Below, in pieces: positions 17,513-27,169 of a stretch of 64,000 nt of DNA. The DNA is from Minisyncoccota bacterium. Its GTDB lineage: Bacteria; Patescibacteriota; Minisyncoccia; Phycocordibacterales; PALSA-1337. The first letter of the stretch is position 1. Each line of letters starts with the position of its first letter. Below the pieces are notes generated by a model. The model was not told the origin of the DNA, did no database searches, and was given only the letters and a program-made list of their open reading frames with translations. The stretch is taken from contig JBAZBL010000002.1 of assembly GCA_041671485.1 (NCBI GenBank), positions 9,320 to 73,319 of the forward strand. The letters are read 5' to 3'. Both the position numbers and the translations under genes were made by a program.

Positions 17513-18190
17513 CTACACTGTATTAGGTTTGATTCTGTACATTCTCCATAGATGTCCTATGTCTTCGATTTCAATAAATCTTTCAATTTTATACCCATAT
17601 TTTGAAACCATCTTTTCAAACTTTTCAAAATCACTTGTACCCTTGAAATTAATATGAGTCATAATTATGATGCCAGTACTGGTCAAATGCTTTCCAACCT
17701 CAGCAAAAAATCGCCTATGAAGTCTATATTCTGGATCATACAAAGATGACTCAACAATTCCTTCAATAGGATAATCAGTAATCGGTAAATTGGCTATTAC
17801 TATGTCGAATTTTTCATCTAGTTTTAGAGCCGAAAATAGATCACTTTGCAAAATAGTCGCCTCAGATTTAACACAATTCAATTCGATATTTTCTTTAGCA
17901 CACGAGACTGCTTCTGGATTTATATCTAAACCAACAGCTTTACGCGCCCCCCTTATAACAGCCTGAATCGTTTGGACACCGGTACCAGTTCCGACATCGA
18001 GAACCGCCAATCCTTTAAGGTCACCAAAAATTATATGGAGCTTTTCCGATGTTCTAGAGAAATTACTTCTCGGTGGAAAAACATTCTTGCAAGTTTTTAT
18101 CTTAACCCCATCGATGTCAACAATCTCACTTTTCTGATTTTTTATTTCTTTAAGAAATTTTTGGCTTAATTCTGGATTTATTTTTTTCAT
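17513..18190 (-). CDS. Class I SAM-dependent methyltransferase (HemK/MTS-like)
   Basis: VLDVGTGTG, LDINPEA, QSDLFS, FDIVIANLP. Confidence 0.88.
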   Translation of the reverse strand: MKKINPELSQKFLKEIKNQKSEIVDIDGVKIKTCKNVFPPRSNFSRTSEKLHIIFGDLKGLAVLDVGTGTGVQTIQAVIRGARKAVGLDINPEAVSCAKENIELNCVKSEATILQSDLFSALKLDEKFDIVIANLPITDYPIEGIVESSLYDPEYRLHRRFFAEVGKHLTSTGIIIMTHINFKGTSDFEKFEKMVSKYGYKIERFIEIEDIGHLWRMYRIKPNTV

Positions 18191-18348
18191 AAGATTTTTA
18201 CTAATCTTTACGGAATTCTACCATGATAAATATAATATATCATAACTTATTTGCCCCAAGTAAAATATATTATTTCATTAACATTCTTGCTCAAAAAGCT
18301 ATCTTTAATAGTTAGAAGGAGATGAAATGATGAAAATAGAGATATTTA

Positions 18349-19539
18349 TTATTTAACCCTAGACCTCCTCAAAAATGCAGGTATTGCTCCCCAATCATCG
18401 TCATCTTTCGTTTCTTTCTTTGGATCTGTCTTGATAGAAGTATCAGTTGAATCTGTCTTTTTTGATTCAGATATAGAGTTGAATATTTTGCCACGCTCTT
18501 TTTCTTTTCCTTGCGTAAGTGAAGAGATAGATGGATCGGTATCGGTAATGTTCTTTGTTTGTGCCTTTATAGTTGATAAGGCATTTTCAGGAAAACCAGT
18601 TGCAATGACTGTAATCTTGATCTCATTTTTCTTTAACTTATCATCACGAACTGTTCCAAATATGATCTTTGCTTCAGGATCAATAGATTCTGTGATCACT
18701 TTGGCTGCATCTTGGATTTCGAACATTGTTAGATCTTCGCCACCTGCGATAGAGAAGAGAACACCTTTTGCTCCTGCTATAGATACATCTAATAATGGGG
18801 AATTGATGGCTTGCTTGGCTGCTTCTATGGCTCTATTTTCACCAGAAGCAGAGCCAATGCCCATGAGAGCAGAGCCGGCATTTTCCATTACTGTTCTTAT
18901 GTCTGCAAAGTCTATATTTATGAGCCCAGGAGTTGTAATAAGATCTGATATACCTTCGACTGCTTGGCGCAATATTTCATCACACATACCAAAAGCATTT
19001 CTGACCGTTGTTGCTTTGTCTACTACTGTAAGTAGTTTGTCATTTGGTATTACAATGATTGCATCAACTTCTTTTCTCAAATCATCCAATGATGCATCTG
19101 CAATGCGTGATCTCTGTCTACCCTCAAAATAAAATGGTTTTGTTACTACTGCTACAGTGAGGCAACCAAGTTCTTTGGCAGTACGTGCTATGAGCGGACT
19201 AGCACCACTCCCTGTGCCACCACCTAGGCCACATGTTACAAAGACCATATCTGCACCCTTTACTACTTCTTGGATTTCATCTTTTGTTTCTTCTACTGCT
19301 CTTTTGCCTAGATCAGCATTCATGCCTGTACCCAATCCACGGGTTAGATTCTTGCCTATATGGATACGCTTCTTTGTTAGGGATCGATGCAAATCTTGTG
19401 AATCTGTATTGACAGCAATAAAATCGACTCCTTTGACTTTGCAATTAATCATATGATTTACTGCATTACCACCGGATCCTCCTATACCCAATACTTTGAT
19501 TCTTGCAAATGCTTCGATTTCTGGTGTTATATTTGGCAT
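18349..19539 (-). CDS. ftsZ: Cell division protein FtsZ
   Basis: GGSGGNAVN, GLGGGTGSG, NIDFAD, C-terminal IPAFLRR. Confidence 0.98.
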   Translation of the reverse strand: MPNITPEIEAFARIKVLGIGGSGGNAVNHMINCKVKGVDFIAVNTDSQDLHRSLTKKRIHIGKNLTRGLGTGMNADLGKRAVEETKDEIQEVVKGADMVFVTCGLGGGTGSGASPLIARTAKELGCLTVAVVTKPFYFEGRQRSRIADASLDDLRKEVDAIIVIPNDKLLTVVDKATTVRNAFGMCDEILRQAVEGISDLITTPGLINIDFADIRTVMENAGSALMGIGSASGENRAIEAAKQAINSPLLDVSIAGAKGVLFSIAGGEDLTMFEIQDAAKVITESIDPEAKIIFGTVRDDKLKKNEIKITVIATGFPENALSTIKAQTKNITDTDPSISSLTQGKEKERGKIFNSISESKKTDSTDTSIKTDPKKETKDDDDWGAIPAFLRRSRVK

Positions 19540-19640
19540 AAATGGAAATTGTATTTATAAGTCCAATACTATCATATGATTTTTTTGACGCAAGAAGTGC
19601 GCCCGAGGTCTACTCCGTGCAACTGAAACGAGGCTTCGAA

Positions 19641-20828
19641 TTATGGTAAAAACTGTTTTGTCCAGTCGGATATCTTTTTCCAAGTCCTTTTCAGAAGTGA
19701 ATTGAAAGTTGTCTCCAAACTGTTTGTATCTTGATCTGTATGAAGTCCCCAAATACAGAGTCCATATGCAACAGCCCAAGTTGCATCCTTGAATGAAGAC
19801 TTGCCATCGATCAGTCCCAAAGTACCAATGCGTGAAGGTAGTTTGAGAGCAGCACGAGCCATAGTATCGATAGAGTTGAGTGCCGATCCACCACCAGTAA
19901 TTATGATACCAGCAGGTAGAAGACCGTTTCTGCCAATTTTCTTCAAATGAACTTCGATGAGTTCAAATATGTCAGACAGACGAGCTCCAACAATCTCTTC
20001 GAGTTTCTTTCTCGGGAAAGTGCTTCCCGTGATTGCACCAATCTTGATTTGCTCGGCTTCTTCGAGTGGTACTTTGAGACCGAGAGCAATATCATTTGTA
20101 ATATCTGTTGAACCGATAGGGAATACTTCTAGAGATGTTGGTATATTGTTTTCGAATACTGCTATAGATACTGTTTCTGCACCAATATTTGCAAGAACAC
20201 AGCCAGCAATCTTTTGAGTTTTTGATAATGTTACAAATCCTGCTGCAACTGGTGCTGCCATAATATCTTCTACTTCTATACCAGCTTCGTTCACTGCTTG
20301 GATCAGATCAGAAAAATGATGATCGAGACAAGTTATAAATAGCATTTTGAGCTCGAGTTTATTACCTTTCATACCTTCTGGTTTGCCCAAGACTGGGTTG
20401 CCATCTATCTTATAGAGAAGTGGTATTGCATATATTATCCTTCTATTTGCAATGAGGGCATGAGGAATGTCTTTTTCGCATTGACTCTGCAATCTTTGTA
20501 TATCCAATGATGTTATCTCTGCATCAGCCCTAGAAGTAACTATAAAACTCGAAAGAGATGTGCTAGATAAACCTATGCCACCTATGCCTATAAAAGCTCT
20601 TCGAATCTTTTGATTTGCCTTTTCTTCTGCAATAGATATTGCTTTCTTGATACTATATACAACATCTTCGACATTGGTTACATAGCCATGTCGTAGACCA
20701 CGAGTCTCGGCCATACCAGTCCCAAGGATCTTTGGGAATCCCTTTTCATTTTTTTCTCGGGTATCAGTTATGACAACTTTCGTTTGATAAGTTCCTATAT
20801 CTATTCCTGTAATGATATTGCGCGACAT
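19641..20828 (-). CDS. ftsA: Cell division protein FtsA
   Basis: GIDIGT, NIGAET, ITNDIA, GIIITGGGS; upstream of ftsZ. Confidence 0.95.
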   Translation of the reverse strand: MSRNIITGIDIGTYQTKVVITDTREKNEKGFPKILGTGMAETRGLRHGYVTNVEDVVYSIKKAISIAEEKANQKIRRAFIGIGGIGLSSTSLSSFIVTSRADAEITSLDIQRLQSQCEKDIPHALIANRRIIYAIPLLYKIDGNPVLGKPEGMKGNKLELKMLFITCLDHHFSDLIQAVNEAGIEVEDIMAAPVAAGFVTLSKTQKIAGCVLANIGAETVSIAVFENNIPTSLEVFPIGSTDITNDIALGLKVPLEEAEQIKIGAITGSTFPRKKLEEIVGARLSDIFELIEVHLKKIGRNGLLPAGIIITGGGSALNSIDTMARAALKLPSRIGTLGLIDGKSSFKDATWAVAYGLCIWGLHTDQDTNSLETTFNSLLKRTWKKISDWTKQFLP

Positions 20829-21184
20829 ATTTTCTTTTCGAATACATCCATTCTACTGCCATGATCATATCCTTTCAAGTGAGCACAACCGTGGATAAAT
20901 AGATATACAAAAAAATTATTGTAACTTCGTCCAAATTGTTTTGCCTGTTTCCTAGATTCACTCGTGCATATATATATCTCACCTTGACTTTTGGAGAGTG
21001 GAAAACTCAATATATCTGTTGGCTTATCTTTGCCACGATATATCTTGTTTAGGAGCTTGATCCTGGAAGGTGTGGTTACAATCAGATTGAGATCGTATGA
21101 TTTTCCGAGGACGAGATTTCTAATAACATCAAAATCAACCTTAGGCATGGTTGATTTAGTTTCATTTATTATTGTTATAGACAT
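20801..21184 (-). CDS. ybeY: rRNA maturation RNase YbeY
   Basis: LNKIYRGKDKPTDILSF, IHGCAHLKGYDH. Confidence 0.93.
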   Translation of the reverse strand: MSITIINETKSTMPKVDFDVIRNLVLGKSYDLNLIVTTPSRIKLLNKIYRGKDKPTDILSFPLSKSQGEIYICTSESRKQAKQFGRSYNNFFVYLFIHGCAHLKGYDHGSRMDVFEKKICRAISLQE

Positions 21185-21423
21185 TATCTCCTTTTGACTT
21201 TTATAGGGGCTTTGCCTTGCTTAATGAGTTCCGCTAGATTTGCTCTTTTTATGATCTTTTTTAGTGTACATTGTTTGATTTTGTAATGTGATTGGGTACG
21301 ACTACTATATCGGAGTGATCTCATACGAGGTATTACACCAGCACTTTGAACTTTCCTAGAAAAGCGTCGCAGTATGCCTAGATTGTTTTCGTTTGGATTC
21401 TTATTTATTTGTACGTTTAGCAT
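21184..21423 (-). CDS. rpsU: 30S ribosomal protein bS21-like
   Basis: Basic 79-aa protein, NENNLGILRRFSRKVQSAGV. Confidence 0.7.
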   Translation of the reverse strand: MLNVQINKNPNENNLGILRRFSRKVQSAGVIPRMRSLRYSSRTQSHYKIKQCTLKKIIKRANLAELIKQGKAPIKVKRR

Positions 21424-21459
21424 GAAGAAAATATTAACACAAACATTATATGTATGCAA

Positions 21460-22689
21460 TTATTGTTTTGACCAGAATTTTGTCTCTATCTTTTTCATAT
21501 ATTTTGCCAATTCATCTAAGGAAACAGTCTCTTGGGAACGAGTATCTGTATCTCTTACAATTGCAGTGTGTTCTACGGCTTCTTTCTTGCCAATAACTAT
21601 AGTATATGGAGTATGATATCTTTCGATAGATGAAACTTGTGCTCCAAGACGGTCTTTTGCGAGTGATACATATAAAGGTACTTTTATTTGACGTAATCTC
21701 TCTATAATATCTAGGCATAAAAGTTTCGATTCGACACCGAGCTGAACAAATGAAGCTATTGGTCTTTTGATCTTTTTGACTATTTTTCTATTGTCAATAT
21801 TATTTGGTTTTACAACTATCGAAATACCTACACCAATAATATCTCTTTTCATACCTAGACGTTTCGCAAGACCACTATATCGCATACCTACTGCAAGTAT
21901 CTTTTGATCTTTTTTTGATTGGTTACGGTTGTTGTTTACAATAGAAAAGATTGTTTCGGTTGCATATTTACGATTTGCAATAAGAGAATTGTTGATAGTG
22001 TATGAAATATTTAGAGCTTCAAAGTATTCTAGAAGTTCTTCTAGATGTTGACGGCTATCCTCTGTCAAGAAATCAAGTGACTTTGGTGCCTGTTCATTTA
22101 GTGCTCTGCATGATTCATTGTTTGATGAGAGCAATTCGAAAGGATCTTTCTTGAATAATTGTCTACATTCTGGAGACATATTGTTTATATTTTTGCGATA
22201 GTATGCGGTGAGTTCTCGAGTAAATTTTGCAATTGAATCACGGTCTCCTGTACTATTTATCTCTACGACCGTATCTTTGTATCCTTCTTCGGAAAGTATA
22301 AGTCTAGCAACGTGGATAAGTGTTGCCTCGGCTATGCTACCAGAGGGACCCAATATTTCTAGATCTGCATAACGATGATATGCACTTTTTTTGCTTCCTC
22401 GAGAAGGATCTTTGAAATAGAGCATCACTGGTTGCAATAAAGTGTGCATATTTTGTTCATTGTATGTACGCAGTAATGCAGCTTTTTCTTCTACATGGAG
22501 TGGCAGTCGGCCGTGATATTCTGTTTCATCATCAATAGAATCATTTTCCAAAATGTCTTTTGTATAGTCCATATCAGTTTTTGTTATGGATACACTTTTT
22601 GTCGGTGTAAAACCATAATAAACAGCGATCTCTCCGATCTTGTCTAGGTTATCGCAAGCTATGAATTTTGTTTCTTTCTTTTTGTTCAT
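21460..22689 (-). CDS. Histidyl-tRNA synthetase-like paralog (degenerate catalytic motifs, C-terminal anticodon-binding domain)
   Basis: IAVYYGF, VEINSTGD, NRKYATETIF (cf. RGLDYY), GMRYSGL (cf. GGRYD), IVIGKKE. Confidence 0.75.
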   Translation of the reverse strand: MNKKKETKFIACDNLDKIGEIAVYYGFTPTKSVSITKTDMDYTKDILENDSIDDETEYHGRLPLHVEEKAALLRTYNEQNMHTLLQPVMLYFKDPSRGSKKSAYHRYADLEILGPSGSIAEATLIHVARLILSEEGYKDTVVEINSTGDRDSIAKFTRELTAYYRKNINNMSPECRQLFKKDPFELLSSNNESCRALNEQAPKSLDFLTEDSRQHLEELLEYFEALNISYTINNSLIANRKYATETIFSIVNNNRNQSKKDQKILAVGMRYSGLAKRLGMKRDIIGVGISIVVKPNNIDNRKIVKKIKRPIASFVQLGVESKLLCLDIIERLRQIKVPLYVSLAKDRLGAQVSSIERYHTPYTIVIGKKEAVEHTAIVRDTDTRSQETVSLDELAKYMKKIETKFWSKQ

Positions 22690-23264
22690 AGATTTATTTG
22701 TCCTGGCCATAAGGATATATTCGAAAATGGAAATAGTCGAAGTATTGGTCTACCTACAATGAGATTTTGGTCTAAGAGACCCCAAGCACGAGAATCGGAA
22801 CTTTGTATACGATTGTCTCCCATTACAAAATATTGTTCTGATCCGAGTTGTATAGTACTTGTGTCGTGTGATAATCGTGATTCGGAAATGAAAGATTCAT
22901 CTAGTACAAAACCATCTTTATTTTCTTCATTTATGATTGTGATTTTTCCATCCTGAATTTTTACAGTTTCATTGGGAAGGCCGATAATACGCTTGATATA
23001 ATATACTTTTTGATTGAAAGGATATTTAAAGACTATTACATCATCTCTTTGTGGTTCTTGAAATCTATATGATAGGCGATCTATTATGAGGAAATTTCCT
23101 GAATCAAATGTTGGGTCCATAGAAGCGCCATTTACGATGAATGGTTCGGCTATGAAGAATCTTATGGGTAGAGCAATCAAAAGAGCTATAATGATCGTTT
23201 TGGCCCATTCACGAGCAGAATTTCGCCAATTTAGGTCTTTTTTCTCTTCAATCTCTGGATTCAT
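22686..23264 (-). CDS. lepB: Signal peptidase I
   Basis: GASMDPTF, YIKRIIGLP, FVMGDNRIQSSDSR. Confidence 0.95.
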   Translation of the reverse strand: MNPEIEEKKDLNWRNSAREWAKTIIIALLIALPIRFFIAEPFIVNGASMDPTFDSGNFLIIDRLSYRFQEPQRDDVIVFKYPFNQKVYYIKRIIGLPNETVKIQDGKITIINEENKDGFVLDESFISESRLSHDTSTIQLGSEQYFVMGDNRIQSSDSRAWGLLDQNLIVGRPILRLFPFSNISLWPGQINL

Positions 23265-23324
23265 TTTACTATTGTAATACACTTTTCGGGTATTTGCAAA
23301 TTGATACATATTTCCATGAATGAG

Positions 23325-23420
23325 TTGATTTTATGTCAGTTTTCATTTAATCTGGCTACAGAGTCGATTTAATCGGCAAAGCCAAAAGCACGGCTTAGTG
23401 TGCTCATTTGAACGTTGAAA
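23325..23420 (+). promoter_or_regulatory. Promoter plus structured 5' leader (hairpin, pseudoknot, boxA-like) of pyrD-pyrC
   Basis: TTGATT-17-TAATCT; AGA GTCGA-TTTAA-TCGGC; AGCC/GCAC/GGCT/GTGC pseudoknot; TGAACGTTGAAA. Confidence 0.7.
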
Positions 23421-23447
23421 TAGACATATAAACTGGAGGATTTTCTC

Positions 23448-24347
23448 ATGATTACTCTCTCAAACGGCCATGCTTTCAAATACATGGTCGCTAGTGGTGC
23501 TCTAGCATTTGATGGCAAAGGCTGGTTTTGGGAACGACCACTGGTGTGGCTTGGTCTTATCAAGCCCGAACTTTTCACTGTCGTCATAAAATCTCTAACA
23601 CGTAACCCGCGTGCCGGAAATCTACGCTGGTGGAAACCATGGAATTGTGTTCGTCTGATTCCTGGTGGTTCGGTCAACAAAGTTGGTCTTACCAATCCTG
23701 GAATCGAATGGTGGTGCCGAGGAGTCGGTCCCAAACTCGATTTTAAGAAGTTCCCTACAGCCGGATCAATTTTCGGTGATGAAAAGGAACTGGTGGAAAT
23801 GGCGGAGATGCTCAATCGCTTCAGTCTCGTCGCGCTTGAAGTCAATGTCTCATGCCCGAATACCGGCCATGCAATCGAGCAGGCAGAGATGGTGGTAAAC
23901 AGCATGAAGGCGGTCAAACATGTTTCGTGTCATCCTGTCATCGTCAAAGTCTCGGCTGATCAAGACTATCTGATCATTGCACGCGAACTTGTTGGAGTCG
24001 CAGAAGCGGTCTCTCTCAACAGCGTGCCGTGGAAAACAGTCTTCACCAATGGCGAGCAAACGCCTTTGGCTAAGCTCGAGAAACAAGTCGGTGGTGGAGG
24101 CGGAGGCGTCTCTGGCAAACCAGCACAGAAACACAACTGGGCGGCAGTCGAGAGCTTATCCAAACAAGGATCGCTCCCCATGATCGGTCCAAGCGTCATG
24201 GAATTCGAAGACATGAAAAAGCTCAGGAGACTCGGCGCAAAAGCAATCAGCTTCGGTGCGATTCATCTTCCAACAAAAGGGAAACCATGGACCCTATTTA
24301 CAAATCCATGCAAGCCAACATTGTTCATCGAAAAGGAAAACATGTGA
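23448..24347 (+). CDS. pyrD: Dihydroorotate dehydrogenase
   Basis: MVASG, NKVGLTNPG, EVNVSCPN, GGVSG. Confidence 0.9.
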   Translation: MITLSNGHAFKYMVASGALAFDGKGWFWERPLVWLGLIKPELFTVVIKSLTRNPRAGNLRWWKPWNCVRLIPGGSVNKVGLTNPGIEWWCRGVGPKLDFKKFPTAGSIFGDEKELVEMAEMLNRFSLVALEVNVSCPNTGHAIEQAEMVVNSMKAVKHVSCHPVIVKVSADQDYLIIARELVGVAEAVSLNSVPWKTVFTNGEQTPLAKLEKQVGGGGGGVSGKPAQKHNWAAVESLSKQGSLPMIGPSVMEFEDMKKLRRLGAKAISFGAIHLPTKGKPWTLFTNPCKPTLFIEKENM

Positions 24348-25426
24348 AAGAAAACTCTGTAACTATCCCTCGATGGTTTGACCGCCATCTCCATATTCGC
24401 GATGGCGACATGCTCAAAATCGTTCTTCCGTTCACGCTCAAACAGCGTGCGACAGGAGCTATCATCATGCCTAACCTTACTGATCCGATCTCGGATATCG
24501 AAAAGGCGAGGGCCTATCGCAATCGGATAGAACACTTCCTTAGAAGGATTCTACCGTTAGGTTGTGGCTTCATTCCGTGCATGACGCTGTATTTGACGGA
24601 TCACACTGATCCTGAAGAAGTTGTGCGCGGATTCGAAGAAGGTGTTTGGAGGGCGGTGAAGCTCTACATGGCCAATCAAAAAGGCCAAGGCGGAACTACC
24701 GGTTCTGCGCACGGCGTGAAGAATCTTTTCGGTCGCTATCCGGTGTTCAAGGCAATGGAGAAACACAAAATCCCGTTGCTCGGACACTTCGAAGCAGTCG
24801 AAGAAGATGTTGACGAATTCGATCGAGAGATCGTCTCCGTCGAGCGTGACCTCATGCCCATCCTCAAGTCCTTCCCAGGACTGCCGGTGGTCTTCGAGCA
24901 TATCACGGACGGACGCGCGGCCGACTTCGTCGCAGAAGTCGATCACGACATCCATGCGACCGTGACTGCCCATCATCTGATGATCAATCGCAATGCCATG
25001 TTCTGGGGCGGTATGAATCCTGGCCACTACTGCAAGCCTGTGCCGAAGCGCGAAACGCATCGTGCAAAGGTCCGGCAGTATGTGACTTCGGGTAATCGTC
25101 GCTTCGGGGCGGGAACTGATTCCGCTCCTCACGATGAAAGTGTTAAGTCTCGTTGCTATGGTTGCGCGGCTGGCATCTTCACTGCTCTATCGGCCGTCGA
25201 GCTCTACACGATGACCTTCGACGAAGACGATGCACTCGAACATCTCGGTCCATTCCTTTCCGAAAACTTCCTCGACATCTATGGTATGGAAGTGAGTTCG
25301 AATACGATGACGATCGAACGGCAAGGTTGGCATCTTCCGGAAAGTGTTTCGAGTCAGCTTATCGGCACACCGACCGTCAAAGTTTTCAAAGGAGGTGCAG
25401 ATCTTCCGTGGAAACTCGTTGGTTGA
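24344..25426 (+). CDS. pyrC: Dihydroorotase (homodimeric type)
   Basis: DRHLHIRDG, IIMPNL, VFEHIT, HYCKPVPK, GTDSAPH, CAAGIF; GTG start overlapping the pyrD stop. Confidence 0.93.
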   Translation: MKENSVTIPRWFDRHLHIRDGDMLKIVLPFTLKQRATGAIIMPNLTDPISDIEKARAYRNRIEHFLRRILPLGCGFIPCMTLYLTDHTDPEEVVRGFEEGVWRAVKLYMANQKGQGGTTGSAHGVKNLFGRYPVFKAMEKHKIPLLGHFEAVEEDVDEFDREIVSVERDLMPILKSFPGLPVVFEHITDGRAADFVAEVDHDIHATVTAHHLMINRNAMFWGGMNPGHYCKPVPKRETHRAKVRQYVTSGNRRFGAGTDSAPHDESVKSRCYGCAAGIFTALSAVELYTMTFDEDDALEHLGPFLSENFLDIYGMEVSSNTMTIERQGWHLPESVSSQLIGTPTVKVFKGGADLPWKLVG

Positions 25427-25449
25427 AATCAAAAACAAGAACCTTAACC

Positions 25450-25484
25450 CAGCCCTGACATTAATTTGTCAGGGCTGATTTTTT
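25450..25484 (+). terminator. Intrinsic terminator after pyrC
   Basis: CAGCCCTGACA-TTAATT-TGTCAGGGCTG followed by a T-run. Confidence 0.85.
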
Positions 25485-25490
25485 GTGTGC

Positions 25491-25588
25491 TTTACATTTT
25501 AATAAAATTATAGTAATGTTCCGCTTAGAGTCGACTTAATCGACAAAGGCTAAAGTGCTGCCTTAAAGCATACAACTGAACATTGAAA
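25491..25588 (+). promoter_or_regulatory. Promoter plus second copy of the pyr leader, upstream of pyrE-pyrF
   Basis: TTTACA-17-TAATGT; AGA GTCGA-CTTAA-TCGAC; AAGGC/TGCT/GCCTT/AGCA pseudoknot; TGAACATTGAAA. Confidence 0.7.
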
Positions 25589-25598
25589 GGAAAATACC

Positions 25599-26315
25599 AT
25601 GAAGCCAATCATTCCATTGCCAGGGGAAGATCTCCTGGAACTTGGGAAGCGTTGCAACGCAGTCTATGTCTGTCCGAAAGTCGGCTCTGAACGCAAGGGA
25701 CCTCTGGTCGCCTACGCAGGAAAGGATAAATACGGGAGGAATCTCGTCGGAGACATTTACTTCAACTTCCGGCGGATCGAGGTTCACCCAAAAGTGGTCG
25801 AGGCATTCGCCGAAGCCGCATGCCAGAAACTCCGCGATCAAGGTCTCATCGATGTGTTTGATACTGTCTGCGGAATTCCGCAAGGCGGTCGGACGTTCGG
25901 TCAGATGCTTGCGCTCGTCGCTGGTAAGCGGTTCGCATATGCGGACAAGAAGCCGAAACCGACGGAGGCGGGCAAGAAACAGGAATACACCTGGGACCTC
26001 TCGCAGTTCGATTTCGAGCAAGGCGAACGCGTTGCGGTTGCGGAAGATGTTTTTAACAACTTCCAGAATACCGACAATACTCTCGCAGAAATCGCCGTCA
26101 CTGGTGCGAACATCGTGCTTCTCGTCGGGGCGCTTAACCGCTCTCCGATCTACAGCACGTCCTACAAGGGTCTGCCGGTAATTGCTTCCATTCGTGAAGC
26201 GTATCCGGAATTCGAACAGGATGATCCTGCGGTTGCGAACGATATCGCTGCCGGCAAGCTCGAACTCGAAGTGAAAAAGAACTGGGCACGTCTCTGCGCA
26301 GCAATGCAACAGTAA
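25599..26315 (+). CDS. pyrE: Orotate phosphoribosyltransferase
   Basis: PRT motif VAVAEDVFNNF, CGIPQGG; context between pyrC and pyrF. Confidence 0.82.
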   Translation: MKPIIPLPGEDLLELGKRCNAVYVCPKVGSERKGPLVAYAGKDKYGRNLVGDIYFNFRRIEVHPKVVEAFAEAACQKLRDQGLIDVFDTVCGIPQGGRTFGQMLALVAGKRFAYADKKPKPTEAGKKQEYTWDLSQFDFEQGERVAVAEDVFNNFQNTDNTLAEIAVTGANIVLLVGALNRSPIYSTSYKGLPVIASIREAYPEFEQDDPAVANDIAAGKLELEVKKNWARLCAAMQQ

Positions 26316-26345
26316 CTCTCAAACAAAACGAAAGGAAAACAGAAC

Positions 26346-27086
26346 ATGCAAAAGACACTGACACCGGAGGAACGATTGATCGTTGCCGCCGACTTCAAGC
26401 CAACGGCTCCCAACGGAAAGGACTGGGTGAAAGCCCGAGTTCTCGCACTGGCCGACAGCCTCAAAGGGACCGGAGTCTACCTCAAGGTGAACTCCGCCCT
26501 TCGAGCTTGCGGCTACAATCTGATCGGCGAAATCCAGTCGCGCGGTTTGCGGGTCTTCGCGGACCTCAAACTCTTCGACATCAGCGAGACTCTGTCCACA
26601 GACGGCGTCTTGCTGAAGGAAGCGAAACCGGAACTGCTCACCACTGTCTGCGTCGCGGGAGTTACCGCAATGCAGGCTTTGAAAGCCGAACTGCCCGACA
26701 CGGAAGTGCTCGGTGTGACGGTTCTTACGAGCCTCAAGGATGCCGATACGCAAGCGATGTTCACCTGCTCAACTGAGGAAGCCGTCATGCGGTTCGCCCA
26801 AGTCGCGGCAGATGCGAAGATCGATGGACTCATCTCGTCTCCCAAAGAGGCGGAAGTGCTCCGTGCGAAATTCGGCATCGTCTTGTCGCTCAACACACCG
26901 GCTATTCGGCCGACGTGGGCGATCGTTCCTGGCGATGATCAGAATCCCGAGCGGATCATGACTCCCGCAAAGGCCATCAAGGCCGGTGCGGATCGTATCG
27001 TGGTCGGACGTCCGATCGTGAAGGCCGAAAAGCCCTACGACGCGGTCATGCGGACCATCGAGGAAATCGCTTCGGCTATGGTGTAG
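26346..27086 (+). CDS. pyrF: Orotidine-5'-phosphate decarboxylase
   Basis: LIVAAD, VFADLKLFDISET, VTVLTS, TPAIRP, VVGRPI. Confidence 0.95.
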   Translation: MQKTLTPEERLIVAADFKPTAPNGKDWVKARVLALADSLKGTGVYLKVNSALRACGYNLIGEIQSRGLRVFADLKLFDISETLSTDGVLLKEAKPELLTTVCVAGVTAMQALKAELPDTEVLGVTVLTSLKDADTQAMFTCSTEEAVMRFAQVAADAKIDGLISSPKEAEVLRAKFGIVLSLNTPAIRPTWAIVPGDDQNPERIMTPAKAIKAGADRIVVGRPIVKAEKPYDAVMRTIEEIASAMV

Positions 27087-27101
27087 CCAAGTCCTCAGCA
27101 A

Positions 27102-27138
27102 CAATTAGCTCGTTCACTCCGGTGGCGAGCTAATTTTT
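27102..27138 (+). terminator. Intrinsic terminator after pyrF
   Basis: AATTAGCTCG...CGAGCTAATT followed by a T-run. Confidence 0.8.
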
Positions 27139-27169
27139 CATAATTAACTTTTTTAGTGTTTATGATAAA

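Noticed and set aside
25563-27104. Long antisense and alternate-frame ORFs over pyrE/pyrF (also over 41618-43765 and ftsZ)
   Set aside because: Shadow ORFs from codon bias opposite well-supported genes
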